This document shows positions 31,548-49,079 of a stretch of 64,000 bases of DNA, one piece after another. Origin of the DNA: the human T2T-CHM13v2.0 reference genome, Homo sapiens; contig CP068257.2 in NCBI GenBank assembly GCA_009914755.4, forward strand, positions 42,912,001 to 42,976,000, written 5' to 3'. Positions within the stretch are counted from its first letter, which is position 1. Each line of letters begins with the position of its first letter. The translations under genes and the position numbers were made by a program. The notes beneath the pieces were generated by a model. That model searched no databases. It was not told where the DNA came from and worked only from the letters and a program-made list of their open reading frames with translations.

Positions 31548-34500
31548 CAGATCACATCATTTCTTAAATCAAGCAGACACTCTGGGGATCTGAGCTGAGC
31601 TGAGCTGCAGGGATTAAACAGCCCTGGCTGGGGGAGGGAGGTGCTGGGAGGGGATGTGAGTCTGGAGGGCAGGGTGGCCCACGGCCGTGTCTTCTGCAAG
31701 TGACACACGTTTGGATTCTTCTTTTCCAAAATGTAGTCTTTTGTTTTATTTGACTCCCTTTCATCGTGGCTGGCTGCCCAGCACAACTCTGGAGACGCGA
31801 TGACAGCAGCCCTCTGGTCTTGTTTCCAAAGTTAACAGAAGCACCTCCTGCAGCTCCGCACTAAGCCGGTGTTGGCTGGTTTGTCGCAAAGCCTTGGTCT
31901 CGTGCATGCAGTGTTTTTTCACTCTAGTTTACCAAGAATTTTGCCTCAGGCTTTTAAAGAAGGAGTGAGTTTGTTCATGTATGTGTGTGTGTGAATGTGT
32001 GTGTATTAATCTACTGAGTGTTCCAGTGGCTTTTCTACTTCTATTTTATGAGTATAGTTAATGATACCCTTTGTAACTTGAGTGATCTAAGATATACATT
32101 ACTTGATAATGGCTCATTATCCCTTTTTCCCCAGCTTTATTGAGACGTAATTGACAAATAAGAATTATATAAATTCAGGATGTCTTGATATATGTACACA
32201 TTGTGTGATTACCACGGTCAAGCTAATTAATATGTCCATCACCCATGCAGTTACCTTTATTTTGTGATGAGACATTTAAGGTGGACTCTCTTAGCAAATT
32301 TCAGTGTTACTGCGTCACATTCTGTGTTACAGTCAACTGTCCCCGTGCTGCACATGAGGTTTCCAGAACTGACTCATCCTGCACAGCTGAAGCTGTATCC
32401 TGTCATCAACATCAAAGTGGATGAAGCACACAGTTCTTGCACACCTGTATTAATAATCGCTGAAAGGATATTTAAAGAGTTATAAAAAATGAAAACTCCC
32501 TGCACCCCCGCCCCTGTGAACCCCCACTCTACTCTCTGCTTTGCCGAGCTTGGCTTTTTTAGATTCCACATATAAGCGAGGTCTGCAGTATTTGTCTTTC
32601 TGTGGCCTGGGTCACTTCACCTAGCATAGTGTGTGCAGGTTCATCCATGTTGCCACTAATGACAGGATCTCCCTTCTTTCTATGGCTGAATCGTATTCCA
32701 TCGTGTGTATACACCACATTTTCTTTATCCACTCATCTGCTGATGGGCACTTATGTTGCTTCCATATCTTGGCTGTTGTGACTAGTGCTGCAGTTAGCAT
32801 GGCAGTGCAGGTGTCTCTTTGAGATCTGGCTTTAATTTGTCTTGTATATACAAGATTGCTCATCACGTGGTAGTTCTATTTTTAATTTGCTGAGGAGCTT
32901 TGACACTGTCTTCCATAATGGCTGCATGTAACAGCTTAGTTTTTCTTTAACATAGGCACATAGAATCTCTTGCTTTATCTTTTTAAATGGGATTGATTTA
33001 CAGTCCTCTCTCCCTCTCTCTCTCTCTCATACACAATTATTCCTGGTTTTGGCATCAGGGTCTCACCAGTCTTATATTAGAGGAATCCAGAAGATCTCTG
33101 TCTTCTTCTGAGCTCTGGAATATTTCAAGTATCACAGGAAGGTCTTATATTGAAGGCTGATGATATACACCTTTAAAACATCTGAGTCTGCCTTCTGAAG
33201 AATATCTTTCAATACCATTTCCATATTTTCCTGGACATCATTGTATTAAAAGTTTCATTTTGTTATTCAGTGTTGGTAATTTATATTTTTTAGAACACAG
33301 TCCATTCATTTATATTTTCAAATTTTAGGATAAACATACCCATGCTACTTTCTTTTACATAAAAACAAAAATCTCTGAATCTGTGGGCATGTTTCTTTTT
33401 CAATCTTTAATGTCTGCTTATTTTTATTAGACTGTATTTTTATTTTCTTTAGATTTTCCTTGATGAGCATCTGTGGATTTTTGTGGACATTTGAAAAGAG
33501 GGGGTCGTGCTCCTTCTTGTTAGAGATTGTTGAGTAAAAGTTTCAGAAAGCGTCATGGGTGGTAAACTTTCTGGATCCCTGTTGTTTAAGAACAGCCCTC
33601 CTCCTGACACCTGCCACAGCAGAGTCTAGGTGCAGAATTTCTTCCCTCCACCTTAGTAGAGGTTGGGCCACCAGTGTGTCTCAGATTTGCATAACTTTAA
33701 TCTTCTTGTGAAGCTTTTCCTCTTTCCAGAACCTGGCACTATTCTCTCCTTGTACTTCATTCATTTCACCAGACCCCTCCCTAGTCACTGTCATCAGCTG
33801 TGTTCATCCCCTCGGTCCCATCTTCTTTTAGTTCAAGGAACTTTTATTCCCATATGGGTTTGATGATTTTCTTCCATTCTTGGCTTCTCTCCCCACTGTG
33901 ATCCCAGGATCACAGACCCTGAGTCTCCTGGGTTCATCTCCCTTAGACCTCAGGCTTTTCTTGGCTTCATCTCTTTGTCCTTCTGCATTGGGTTTCGGTC
34001 ATTTTCTGAACTGGGGGTCATGGTGTCAGCTCTTCTGCCTCAGGGTCTGTTATGAGGACTGCCATTGAATTCCATATGTTTGGAGTGTCACGATTTCAGT
34101 CTCCAGGAATCCAAGGTGTTTTCCTTTCTTCTCCTTCTCCTTTTTGGTAGCACTCTCTTCTTGTTTCATGGAGTAACGGCCTCTTTGTTTCATGCATTAT
34201 TGTTTGTTTAGACTTTGCTTCTCTGTCATGCTGTGATTTCCTCATGCGTCTGAGGACCCTTAGTTGTTGTTCACGTTTTTAAGTGAGGGTCTAAACTGTT
34301 TGGCTTTCATTGCTGAAAGGTTCTCTGCATGTAGACACATGTCTTCTTCTCACAGAGCTGACACTGGGGCTCTCAGGGTGGGGCCTTGTCTGCCGCTGGC
34401 TGAGTACACGGGCTTTGGTTCATTTTGGCATCCAGAACTTCCTGGGGTGTGGTCTCTTCCTCTCCATCCTAGGACCCAGGCTGGGAGCCTCCTGGGCCAC

Positions 34501-35094
34501 CCCTGGCCTGCCTGGCTCTCCTGCTGGACTCAGGGCACCAGGCGGTTCTTCTTTAGAACTCAACCCTCAGTTAAAGACGCCTGAGTGCCCATGGCTGTCC
34601 TCATGTGCTGTCCCTGTGTCAGGGTCTCTGGGAAAAGCCATTTGTCTTCAGTCCTGCTTCTGCCTTTCTTTCTGTTGAATTTTACAGTCAAGAAAACCCG
34701 ATCTTTTTGTCTTGTCTGTCACAGAAAATCCTTACTGACCTGGTCTGCAGATGGCATGCCTGTTTTCTATCACTGTTCTGGTACCATTCATTTTTATTTG
34801 GATGAAGGGGAGGTGGAGGCATTGGGGAGTAGCCAGCCCAAACAGAGGGCTTAGGCTTTTAAAAAAAATTTACCAAGAGAAAATTCACAAGCCATGAAGC
34901 TCACCTGCTGCAAGGACATAATCCATTTGTTTTTAGCGTATTCCCAGTGTTTCTCAGCCATCACCAATATATAATTTTACAGCATTCCTCCCTCCAAAAA
35001 AATCACACCAATCAGCACCACTCCCCATGTGCCCCTCCCCCAGCCTCAGGCACCTACTCATCTACTTTCTTTCTCTGTAGATTTGCCCATCTGA

Positions 35095-37620
<2,526 letters not shown>

Positions 37621-39546
37621 CATGTGGGCTCTCACTAAGCATCATGCTTTCAAGGCTCATGCATGTTGTAGCCTGTGTCAGTATTGGATTCCTTTTCATG
37701 GCTGAATAAGATTCCCCACGGGAATGGGCCACATTTTGCTTGTGTGGATGGGCTGTGTTTTGCTTTGTCCTCTGATGGACATTTAGGCTTCTTCCACTTC
37801 TTGGCTGTTGTCAGTCATGCTGTGTACATGGGTACACCAGTCTCTGGCTGCTGTCAGTCATGCTGTGTACATGGGCGCACAAATCTGTGTGTGGACATTT
37901 GTTTCATTCCTCTGAGGTAGATGCCTAGAACTGGAGTGGCAGGATCACAGGGTCACTTTGTGAGTGACCATTTTGAGGGACGGTTTTCCAAGGTGCTTTC
38001 ACTAGGAGTTGAAGCTCTGATGAAGCAGAAGACACATCGAATGAGGACCCAGAGCAGGGGTCAGAGGTGAGACCCCCCCACCAGGAGATGTCCTCCCTGG
38101 GGATGGCCAGACAGGCTGGGTCCTGTCGGTGCCTCGGACGAGGGCAGGTGGGGACAATGACAAACATGGAGGAGGTCAGAGAGCCAGCCCCGGCCCCTCC
38201 ACCTGGCTCTCTGTTCTGACCTTGTAGCCATCAGTGGGCATAGTGAGGTGGGTGGGGCTCAGACACGCATGTGTGGGGAGCCCCTCCCCAGGATGGTCCT
38301 GGAGCCCTAGGATGAAGGCTCGGCCCCTGCCAGCTACCCGGAGAACCAGGGCAGGAAGAAAACATCTCTGCCCCTGGAGGCTCTCATTTGTCCCTTCATG
38401 GGGACGTGGCTTTGCTTCCAAGGAGGTGGACAAGGCTGTGTCAGTTTGGCCTCCGGCCCTGGGGACGGCTGCTGCTGGCTGTCCTGGGTCTGCCTGGAGG
38501 GGAGTGAGCGAGGCGGCTGTGCTGACCACAGGGAGCTCCATGGGGTGGGACTCCGGGAGGTCCTCCTGCTGGTGCTGGTCGCCTCTGGCGTTGACATGCA
38601 AGGGTCATTTGCTGGGGCAGGAGGCAGACCTGGGCTCTCAAATGCACACAGCGACCTGGCAGAAAGAGTGCAGCGGCTCGTACCACTCGCCCAACGCGGT
38701 ATCGTGGACCACGTCTGAGTGCCAGAGCGGAGGGTGGCAGACAGAGCTGAGGGCTATTTGGAGAGACCTAGGAGGCTGGGGGTGTGGGGACAGGGTCCTC
38801 GGGGTCAGAGTCCAGGACCACAGGACCAGGAGGGAGCCAGGACCCTGAAAGTCTAGGCGAGGCCGCATGGGGCAGGGGGGCCCGCAGGCTTGGTTAGTGG
38901 GTGCCATGGTCCCTGCCCATCTGTGTTCTCGCCAGCGATGCCTGAGCAATGGGTATTCCAGAACCCCACGAATACTGGGCTGCTGGGCTCGAGTCCTGGG
39001 GGAGGGCGTGGTCCCCATGTCTTACTGTGGAGGAGATGAGGGCTGCAGGGATGGGCACTGTGGTCCATAGCTGGTCTCCCCAGGGGTAACAGGAGGGGTG
39101 AGGCTGCTGGCTGGAGCTAGGCCCCGGGTGGGCTACCCCAGTCCTGGGGGGCAGCCATGAGCTGGGGAGGGTGAATGTGGCTCAGGGGCCCAGAGTGCTG
39201 CCAGGGTCCACTTTGTCCCGAAACTCCTGGCCTTGGTTCCAGAGGCAGCTTTCCTAAGATGGGCCGGGGGGCCATGTGCTGGGGTTGGGGGCCCACGGGG
39301 CTAAGAGGGAGACTGGCCTTCAGGGTTCACAGAGGCCAGCACCAGAAGGCATTGCTTCCTGCCTCATCCCATGCCCCTCGGGGGTCCACAGACAGGATGA
39401 AAAGTCGACAGAGACAGAGGGGTGGAGCCAGGCCTGCTGGGGGTCAGGACTCTCCCTGCAGTCAGGGGTGGCATCACTTCCCACCTCACCCTGTGCCCCC
39501 CGGGGGTCCACAGACAGGACAGAGGTTGGTGTGAGACAGAGGCGGC

Positions 39547-39552
39547 TTTATT
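39547..39552 (-). other. Polyadenylation signal AATAAA (KRTAP10-6)
   Basis: ggctttattag on the + strand, about 255 nt 3' of the stop at 39808. Confidence 0.45.
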
Positions 39553-39807
39553 AGAACTAGAGGGGGTGCTGCCCAGGGTGGAACCAGGCCTGCTGGGGGT
39601 TAGTTCTGCAGAACTTGGGTCTGGGGGAGTAGCTGGGGTCTCTCATGCAGCCAGCATCTGGGAAGGACAGGGGGAGCATCCTGGTCCCTAAGACAAAGAG
39701 CCTGCCCCATCTTCTGAGGGTGTCAAAGCCAGAGAGGGCAGAGCTTGCTGGGGCAGCTGGGAGGTCAGCCCCTGGTGGGAAGGGACTCCGGATCACATCC
39801 AGGGCTG

Positions 39808-40920
39808 TCAGCAGCTGGACTTCTGGCCAGAGCAGAGGCTGTAGCAGGCAGGGCGGGAGCACATGGGGCGGCAGAGGAGGGAAACACAGGAGGCCGTGCG
39901 GCAGCAGCTGGGCTGGCAGGAGGAGGCAGAGGCACCACAGGAGGGGACGGGCACGCAGCAGGTGGACTTGCACACAGGGTGGCAGAGGAGGGACACGGAG
40001 GAGGAGGATCTGCAGCAGGAGGCGGTGCAGCAAGCCGGCTGGCAGCTAGACTGCTGGCAGCATGATGTGGAAGCCCCAGAGCAGACGGGCACACAGCAGG
40101 CGTGCTGGCAGGGGGAGGAGGTGCAGCAAGCTGGCTGGCAGCTAGACTGCTGGCAGCATGAAGAGGAATCCTCAGAGCAGGTGGGCACACAGCACACAGG
40201 CACGCAGCAGACGGGCACGCAGCAGGCCTGCTGGCAGGGGGAGGAGGTGCAGCAAGTTGGCTGGCAGCTAGACTGCTGGCAGCATGAGGGTGTGCAGGAG
40301 CTGGTGCAGCCTGATTGGCAGGGGCTGGGCTCACAGACCGCCTGGCAGCAGGGGCTGGACACACAGCTCACACAGCTAGACTGCTGGCAGCACGAAGAGG
40401 AAATCCCAGAGCAGACAGGCTTGCAGCAGACGGGCACACAGCAGGCCTGCTGGCAGGGGGAGGAGGTGCAGCAAGCTGACTGGCAGCTAGACTGCTGGCA
40501 GCATGAAGAATCCCCACAGCAGACGGACACACAGCACACAGGCTTGCAGCAGACAGTCTTGCAGCAGACGGGCACGCAGCAGGCCTGCTGGCAGGGGGAG
40601 GAGGCACAGCAAGCCAGCTGGCAGCTAGACTGCTGGCAGCACGAGGGCGTGCAGGAGCTGGTGCAGCCTGATTGGCAGGGGCTGGGCTCACAGGTCACTG
40701 GGCAGCAGGGGCTGGACACACGGCTCACTGGGGTGCAGACCAGGCTCAGGCAGGGGGCCGGGGCGCAGCAGCTGGGGGCGCAGCAGGGGGGCTCGCAGCA
40801 GCTCTCTGGGCAGTCGTCCACCTGCCAGGAGTCGGAGCAAGAGTCACAGGAACCAGGAAGGCAGACGCGGCTGCCGTAGCTCAGGTCGCTGGAGCAGACG
40901 GACATGGTGGACGCGGCCAT
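39808..40920 (-). CDS. KRTAP10-6: Keratin-associated protein 10 family; single exon, 370 aa ([42 protein letters not shown]...)
   Basis: Matches the ORF-track ORF exactly. ATAAAAG sits at 40989..40982 on the minus strand. The N-terminal ~100 aa are nearly identical to the genes at 22159 and 49080. This is the second of two tandem minus-strand genes, which matches KRTAP10-6. I recall the reference as possibly slightly shorter, so this could be a repeat-number allele. Confidence 0.8.
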   Translation of the reverse strand: MAASTMSVCSSDLSYGSRVCLPGSCDSCSDSWQVDDCPESCCEPPCCAPSCCAPAPCLSLVCTPVSRVSSPCCPVTCEPSPCQSGCTSSCTPSCCQQSSCQLACCASSPCQQACCVPVCCKTVCCKPVCCVSVCCGDSSCCQQSSCQSACCTSSPCQQACCVPVCCKPVCSGISSSCCQQSSCVSCVSSPCCQAVCEPSPCQSGCTSSCTPSCCQQSSCQPTCCTSSPCQQACCVPVCCVPVCCVPTCSEDSSSCCQQSSCQPACCTSSPCQHACCVPVCSGASTSCCQQSSCQPACCTASCCRSSSSVSLLCHPVCKSTCCVPVPSCGASASSCQPSCCRTASCVSLLCRPMCSRPACYSLCSGQKSSC

Positions 40921-40981
40921 GCTGGGGTTGAACTGGTGGAGGGTGAGGGAGTGAGCCTGTGAGGTGCTGAGGCTCTCGGGC

Positions 40982-41037
40982 TTTTATTCCACCTGGCCTT
41001 GTTGTCCCCGGGCCCACAGCTTCCCCTTCCGTGTTGC
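40982..41037 (-). promoter_or_regulatory. KRTAP10-6 core promoter: ATAAAAG (40989 to 40982), GGACAACAAGG, and CAACACGGAAGGGGAAG (41037 to 41021) on the minus strand
   Basis: TATA about 65 bp 5' of the ATG at 40920. Confidence 0.6.
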
Positions 41038-43258
41038 CGAGAGCTGGAGTCTGCCGGGATTAGGGGTGTTTGTTCGCCCGTGATGTGGGCCAGCTCATAA
41101 ATCTCCCATCACATCTGGGCTGTGTCCCATCCCATGTGGATCCCTGGCGGCAGGAATTGGGCGGGGCCTGGTCCCAGCTGGGTTCGGGGAGCTGGGAGAG
41201 CCACAGGTCGCGGCATCGTCCACCCCTGGCCCCAGCAGCCCCGGGACACAGAGTCCCTCTGCAGGAAGCCGGCCTCAGGAAGTGTCCTTGTGGTGAAAAC
41301 CCCTCATCCAGCGTGGTCCTTCCCCCATCACCGGACACAGGACTGTGGCCATCTTCTGAGGGACAACCTGGGGCCCATGAGCCTTCATTGACCTGCCCTG
41401 GGCCATGGCATGGTGGGGGTGGGGGGCAGCTGTAACTGTGCCCAGACCTCTTGGCTTTGAGCTCTGGACGACTTCTCATCCCCACAGCCTCTTCACCTCC
41501 GGCCCTGTTTCGTGTCCACCTCGTCTTTGTGTTTTGGAGGCAGCAGGACCTGTGTGTTCCAGGGCAAGGACGGTGGGCTTGGCCCCTCCCTGCTTGGACA
41601 GCATGACAGCCTTCTGGGCTGTGGTTTTGGGTTCTGAACCTGCAGAGTAACCGTGCTGAGCAGCGGGCGGTCAGCAGCCCTCGTCCCCGCCTGGGGTGGC
41701 TCCTCTGTGTGCTCTGCTTCTCCGAGGCTGCCCGTCAGCCCCCACCCAGCCTCCTGCTGGGCCCATTTCCCAGCCCTGTCTTCCAAGCCCTGTGCCAGGC
41801 CTCTTAGTGTCACCACCTTAAAATTAAGGGACATCTGTCCAAAGAACCCGCACAGAAGACACAAAATGGGTCCATGAGAAGTTGATCTCACTGCAAACCC
41901 ATTGCCAGTGTAAACGAAACATAAAATCCTAAGCCCCTCAACTGACTAAATGGATCCCATCTTGCCCACGGGGACCCCCGAAAAACTGCGTTCCTGGCCA
42001 TGACAGGAAGGGAGGTCAGACACGCCTCGTTACACCCCCTCCCTTTAGGGTTTCGACACAACCACTACCCAGCACTAAAGTTAAAATAGAGACCGTAAGA
42101 CCCACAGAGCAGACTCTGGCAATAAGATATCAAATTACAAACAGGACCTCAGGCCGCGCCAGGCAAGGGACAAGCCGCGTGCCCTACACTGAGAGGACGG
42201 ACTCTGCTCTCACGCCACAGCTGCTGTTTTTCTACAGTGGCTAAACACGCACTGGCCCCGCGATGAGGATGAGCAAGGTTCAAACGACTGCAGCTCATCC
42301 ACCAGCAGATGCCAACTGACCACGTTCCACAGCCATGACCACAGCTCTGACTGGGCAGGAGACTGACTTCAGGAACCTCCTCCTGATAAGGGACCCCCAA
42401 CCATGGACTGGCTCCAGCCGGTTTACAGAGGCTGTGCACTGGAGTGCCTTTGTGTCCTGAGAAGACTTCTGAGGTTTAGGGCCTCATTGCGACCCATTGA
42501 CATGATAAGACTCCACCCTGTAAGAAGTACATTTCAAGTGGTCCGTATTCAGAAAACAGGCCCTGGCAAGTCCAGGCAGCTCCCTTGCAGATGTGACAAG
42601 CCACACAGTACAGACATCTGGGAAGAGTGATAAGACTCACAGAAGTCAGAGGGGAGGAAGAAAAAGTGACGGATGGCTAACACATAAAAGGAAAGAAACT
42701 TTTGCCATTGAGAAATCAAATGTAAAGTGGGGAAGGGGACAAGATGTAACCTTATAAGGGGATAATGAAACTTAGGTGACGTCCAGGAAGCCTGTGACCC
42801 CATAGTACTCAGGCTGCGAGGAACTGGGCGAGGGACCTGCACACTAGGGGATAAATTGCTTGTTGAAAGTGTGCTGGGTGTGCCCGCCCATCAGACACCA
42901 GATCTTGCAAGACCGACATTAAAGTCTCACTTTCACTGTTCTTCATGCCTCTAAGTCCATTCTTTGGATTTGGACGGGTCAGTGTGTTTCTCACAACCGC
43001 AGAGTGAAAACAGGTCGTATGTTACATGCATGTTTGTTCAGTTCCTCCTTCGTGAATATTCACTATTCCTCCATAACCTATTGCACATGTGTATTCAGCC
43101 AACCTGGTCAGCGTGGAGCTCCTGCCCCAGCCCCTCCTCCTGGCTCTCGTCTTGGCCAGAGGCTGTGCTTCCCGGCCTGCAGGATGGCTTTCTTGCAGGC
43201 TGTGCCCCTTTAGAAGAAACAAAGTCTCCTCTTTTTTTCCAAACTTACGGATCTGTGA

Positions 43259-43558
43259 TTTTTTTTTTTTTTTTTTGAGATGCAGTCTCACTCTGTTGCC
43301 CAGGCTGGAGTGCAGTGGTACGATCTCAGCTCACCGCAGCCTCCACCTCCTGGTTCAAGCAATTCTCCTGCCTCAGCCTCCCGAGTAGCTGGGATTACAG
43401 GCATAAGCCACCATGCCTGGCTAATTTTTGTATTTTTAGTAGAGACAGGGTTTCACCATGTTGACCAGGCTGGTCTCAAACTCTTGACCTCAAGTGATCC
43501 ACCTACCTTGGCCTCCCAAACATGCTAGGATTACAGGCCTGAGCCATTGCACCTGGCC
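43259..43558 (-). mobile_element. Alu SINE, minus orientation
   Basis: poly-T followed by gagatgcagtctcactctgttgcccaggctggagtgcagtggtacgatctc...gcctgagccattgcacctggcc. Confidence 0.9.
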
Positions 43559-45791
43559 AGATGGTGATTTTTTTAAATGAACACAAGCAGTCACCCAATT
43601 CTCTTCTCAGGAAGCAGCTACTTTCACCCATTTATTCTCTTTCTCTCTGTATCTCTCCATCTCTCTCTGTCTCTGTCTGTCTGCCTCTTCCGTATATGCA
43701 CACACACAGCCCATTCTCATTATTCCCAGAGGCTCTGTTCTATACAGTCTCCACCAGCACCGAATAACCAAATACTGAACCACTGCTCCTACAGGAAGCA
43801 CAGGGTTATGGTCTCATGAGCCTCTGATCACAACATTCCCATCACCTAATCAATGCATAGACATGTCTTACGAATGCTTCTGTCTGAAGACACCTTACTG
43901 AATCTATATAGTTGATTTATCAACACTGAGCCCCAGCCAACAGCCCTACAGAGCCTGAATGAAGTTGGTTGAACACATGTGTTTTCTCTGTAAGACGTGC
44001 TGGAGCCTTCTGAGCTCCGGACACCCAGCAGCACAGCAGCACTGCACTGGGGCACTTTAAACAACAAGATCAGAGCATCGTGGAGGAACGTGCGGCACTG
44101 AGGAGAACATAACAAGGACACCTGTTTACCATATGCGAGCTGAGACAGGAAAGCAAAACATCACCTCATTCTATTATGTGTATGTGTAAACATATATGCA
44201 CATACACATACATACATATAATGCCTCTGTACACATAAATTTTTAAAATGCAAATTATGTCATACTCTACCCACTATGTTTCTGTAAACATGGAGCTCCT
44301 TTCCTGTGAATACATAATGATCTCTGTCTTGTTTACAGCTGCATAGAATTCCATGTGGTCTGTGTGTTCATTTTCTATTGCTGTGGAACAAAGTACCACA
44401 AGCTTAGTGGCTTCAAATAACACACATTTATCATCTCGGTTTCTGTGGGTCAGGAGTCCAGGCACAGTTAAATTGGGGTCTCTGTAGGGCTGTATTGGAG
44501 TGTCTCATGGGAAGGTTCAATTGGAGAAGGATCCACTTCCAAGCTCATGTGATTGTTGGCAGAACTCAGTTCCTTGTAGCTTCTTGGACTAAGTGCCTCA
44601 GTTTGTCACCAGCTGTCAACTGGAGGCTGCCATCATCTCTTTCCATGCGGCCTCAACGGGCAGCTCGCAATGTGCTGGCTTTTTCACAGCTAGCCAGGGA
44701 GACAGAGTCCTCCCGAGACGAGCATTATGACCTTATGTAATGGGATCATGCACATCCCATCACCCTCTCTGTGGCTCCTTGTGTCTATACACGTGTCACA
44801 GTCCCAACCACACTCAAGGAGTGTGGGGCACACAGCCAGTGACCACTAGGAGGTGAGGGACATGGGGCCACCCTAGAGTCTGTCTCCCGCTGTCTGGACA
44901 ATGTCATGGCTGTGATACCTTTGCACATACCTTGTATCCACCCAGGAGTATCTACAGGATGCTTGCTTAGTGATTCAGGCTTAAAGGCATGAGGTTTTGA
45001 ATTGTGATGTGTAGCAGCAAACTGCCTGCCAAAGCCGTGGAGCAACCTCAGCCCAGCAGCAAGTCATCTGGGTAGTCTGCCCACACCCTCGCCAACCCAT
45101 GTTGGGAACATCAATGGTTTTCATTTTTTCCAATATAAAAAATGATATCATATGGCCATTAAATTTGTTTTATCTCATTTTAAATGGGGCTGAGCACGTT
45201 TTCTCATTTAAGAACCATGTATATTTCTTTCAATTGTCTCTGTATCCTTTGCTCACTTTCTGTTATGTTTCTGTTATTGATCTTAATAACTCGTGGGAGC
45301 TCTTTGGATATTAAGCAAATTAGCCCTTTCTCTGATATACAGATAGGAAATGTGTTTCCCATATTGTTGTCTTTTGACTTGGTTTATAATGTTTTCTCTC
45401 CTGCAATTTAAAAATTTTTACATAATTAGTTTTATCGGTTTTTTAAATGGCTTCGGTGTTTTACTCAAAACTTAGAATAGCCCTTTCCACTCTGAGATGA
45501 TTTTTCTTTCCCTTCCTATCATTATTGACAGGTGTATTAACATCCCCCACTATGATTTTCCCTTTTCTCTATTTCTACTTTTAGCTCTGCCAGTTAAAAA
45601 AATTAAAAAACAGTTTTTTATTTTAATTTTTTAATTTTATATTTTAAGCTATGTAATTAGATACATGCAGATTTAGAATTGTTACATCTTCCTGGTAGGT
45701 TGACTCTTTTAGCTTTATACATTTCTTTCTTCATCTCTATTGCTCTAAAATCTACTTTTTCTGATATTCATAAGTCACACTAGCATTTTAG

Positions 45792-46167
<376 letters not shown>

Positions 46168-47567
46168 TCTATGCTCTTGTATTCAGGCTCTGTATCTTGT
46201 AAGCAGCATGTAGTTAGGTTTTCTACTTTTTATTCAGACCAACAATATATTTTAATTGGAATATCTGATACTTTATTGACTGATGATTTAGTTTATATCT
46301 ATCTGCCATCTGACTGTACAATTTCTATTTGTCCCAATTTTTTAACGTTTCTTTTAAAAATCACTTCCTGTCTATTTTGGATTAATCAAGTATTTTTTAT
46401 TATTTATTTTCCCTCTTCTGTTCTATTCATTATTCGTGAGATAAGGCAAGGCTTCTCTTCAAACAGGCTGCTCAACCTTTTGTTCTTTAATTCCTAGTAC
46501 CCCCGCCCCCTCTCTTTCTTCTCCTTTTCTTCTTTCTGACTTTACTACATGCCCAGGCATGCCGCAACATCACTAGCATTATCAGCACCAGCTCGCATTC
46601 CGTTCTGTATTTAGGAAAAGACTGGCTCTCTAGTTTCCCGTAGATGACCCCTTCCTCCTCTCCCGTCTCTCCCATTATGCATCCATTTTATCTAAGAAAG
46701 TTTAAATGTTTAGCCAATCGGGTCTAGTTTAAATTGTGCGGCGCAATCCCAGCCAATGGGGAAAGGACACAGGGGCAGGATCACGTTAGGAATAAAAACT
46801 TCTACTCTCCTTTGTTCTGTGTGCTCTCGTGGCAACCAGCCATATGGGAGACACCCTCCTGCACAGACATACATTTGCTTTGCTGAGAAATCCTTTGTCT
46901 CAGTGCTCGTTTTTCCTTACGACTCTGAGCCTTATTTCTAACATTATTGATTATACATTGATTATACATAGTTTTTACTATCTCTTCCGTGGTCACTTTA
47001 GAGATTATAGCACACATTCTTAGATTATTCAAGTGTAACATATGTCAGCACTTCCGCCGCTTCCAAAACAATGCTGAAACCTTAGAAAACTTTCACTCCA
47101 TTTATCCTTCTCACCTTTTATTGTTAATGTCATCATGCATTACTTTTCTACTTCTAGTTTAGACCCCACAAGAGATTATAAATATAATAATATTACCCTT
47201 TCAGATCCTCCTGGTTCCTTCCTGCATTTTTATCCTTCCGTCATCCTGCCTAAAAAAATCCCCTTTCATAGTTACTGTAGAGTAGGTCTGCTCGTGTTCA
47301 GTTTGCTCAGTTGTTATCCAGAATTGTTTTGTTTCATATTTCACCTTTGAACAATGTTCTTCCTGGTCTAGAATTCTAGGTTTGCAGTGATTTTCTTTCA
47401 GCTCTTTAAAGATGTCATTCTATTACCTTTAGTTTCTTCAACAGCTCTTTTAGGAGAGCTTTAAAGGAATCATTTTTAAAACATTTTGTTCAGCTTTTCA
47501 AGTTGTTCTCAGCAGGAGTATATGTCTGACATAGCTACTTTGTCCCATATGGAAGCAGAGGCCCCCA

Positions 47568-47569
<2 letters not shown>

Positions 47570-47632
<63 letters not shown>

Positions 47633-47642
47633 TCCATCCCAT
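47570..47642. repeat. (TC)n microsatellite, about 36 units
   Basis: A perfect tctc... run. Confidence 0.95.
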
Positions 47643-48923
47643 AGGACCAGATCCTGTACCTCTGGAGGGACCAGGCCATGCTCAAATTTATATTATTTTT
47701 ATAGTTCAAAATATACAGAAAGACAATTCATCCCACCGTGTAACTGAATTTCTAGCCCTCTGAGGCCTTTTGTACTTTTCCTAAATCCCCTAGGAGTTAA
47801 GAGGCCTGGACTGGGAAACACAGATAGAGACACAGGACACCCTGAGCCTCTGAGACTTGCCTGGGCATCAAACCCCACCAGAAGGGCCCCTGGAGCCCTC
47901 TCCCCTGGGTAGGGGCCACTTCTCAGGGCCGCATGCATGCTGGGCTATGGCTGGTCATCACTGACATCACCAGGCACCAAGCAGCCCACCTCCCTCCCTG
48001 GTGGGGTCCACAGTCAGGGTTACTACCCCTTCACTTTCACATTCTCAGCACCTGGTGCAATTTCCAGCATGTGGGAGGACTCACTGCATCATGAATAAAT
48101 GAATGCTTGAGAAGTAAAAGTATCGGATACAATTGGAAACATTTAGCAGAAACAACCAAAAAGATGTGGTGGCCAATTGGATATTATTTGCAGAAGAAAT
48201 GGAGACTTAGATCAGATGTCTAGCTGGGGTGACCAAGGACTTAGCTGGCAATCAAGAAAACACACTGCAAGCGAAAGCAGTGCTTGCTGCTTTTCACACG
48301 GCAGTGCTGTTGAGAGTGGCTGTGCTTTTTGCGGAGGAGGTGTTCTGGGTTAGACTTACAGGTTTGCAGTGCTTGGGATAAAACCAAATGGAAATGGGGG
48401 CCCCAAACAGGGATCTGGGGCCTCCCTAAGTGCCCAGATGGAAGAGGGGGTGCACGGCCCCCCAGGAACTACTGTGAACCTGACGGGAAATGGCTCACAC
48501 CACTGTCCACCCTTTCCCGTTTGCCACTTGCTCTAAAGCCCTTGGGGGGACTTTATGCACCAGAGAGAGTGTGGGGAGTCACTTCTAGGAATGTTCCACC
48601 CTCATGCCATCATTGACAGGGGCTTCTCTAGCCTGGCATTCCAGAAGCCACAGCCACCCAGACAAGCAGAGTCCCCTGGCGATGGCCCACAGGCGCTGGG
48701 ATTAGGATGGATGGATCTCTCCTGCAGCCAGCACAGGCCCCTGGGACACTCTATTTGCAGACATTACACCCTGTCTACTTCAATATTATGCTCTGGAGCC
48801 AAAGGTAGGTGAGGGTGCGTCAACGGAACCAAATATAGACTCAGGACTTTACAAACTGAACGGCATCTCATAGGACTAAACATGAAACTCGCACTAATAA
48901 GCGTTCTCTAGGTTTTAAACACA

Positions 48924-48990
48924 AACAAGGAAGGGGCAGGAGTTGTTGACACTCCAGCTGGGACAACAGACCAGGGAGACATATAAAAGC
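48924..48990 (+). promoter_or_regulatory. KRTAP10-7 core promoter: AACAAGGAAGGGG (48924..48936), GGGACAACAG, then TATAAAAG (48983..48990)
   Basis: The 5'UTR block (CTCACTCA)n at about 49020..49060 precedes the ATG at 49080. Confidence 0.65.
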
Positions 48991-49079
48991 CAACATCCCT
49001 GAGCACCTAACACACGGACTCACTCACTCATTCACTCACTCACCCACTCACTCCCATCTCCTCCAGTTCAATCCCCAGC

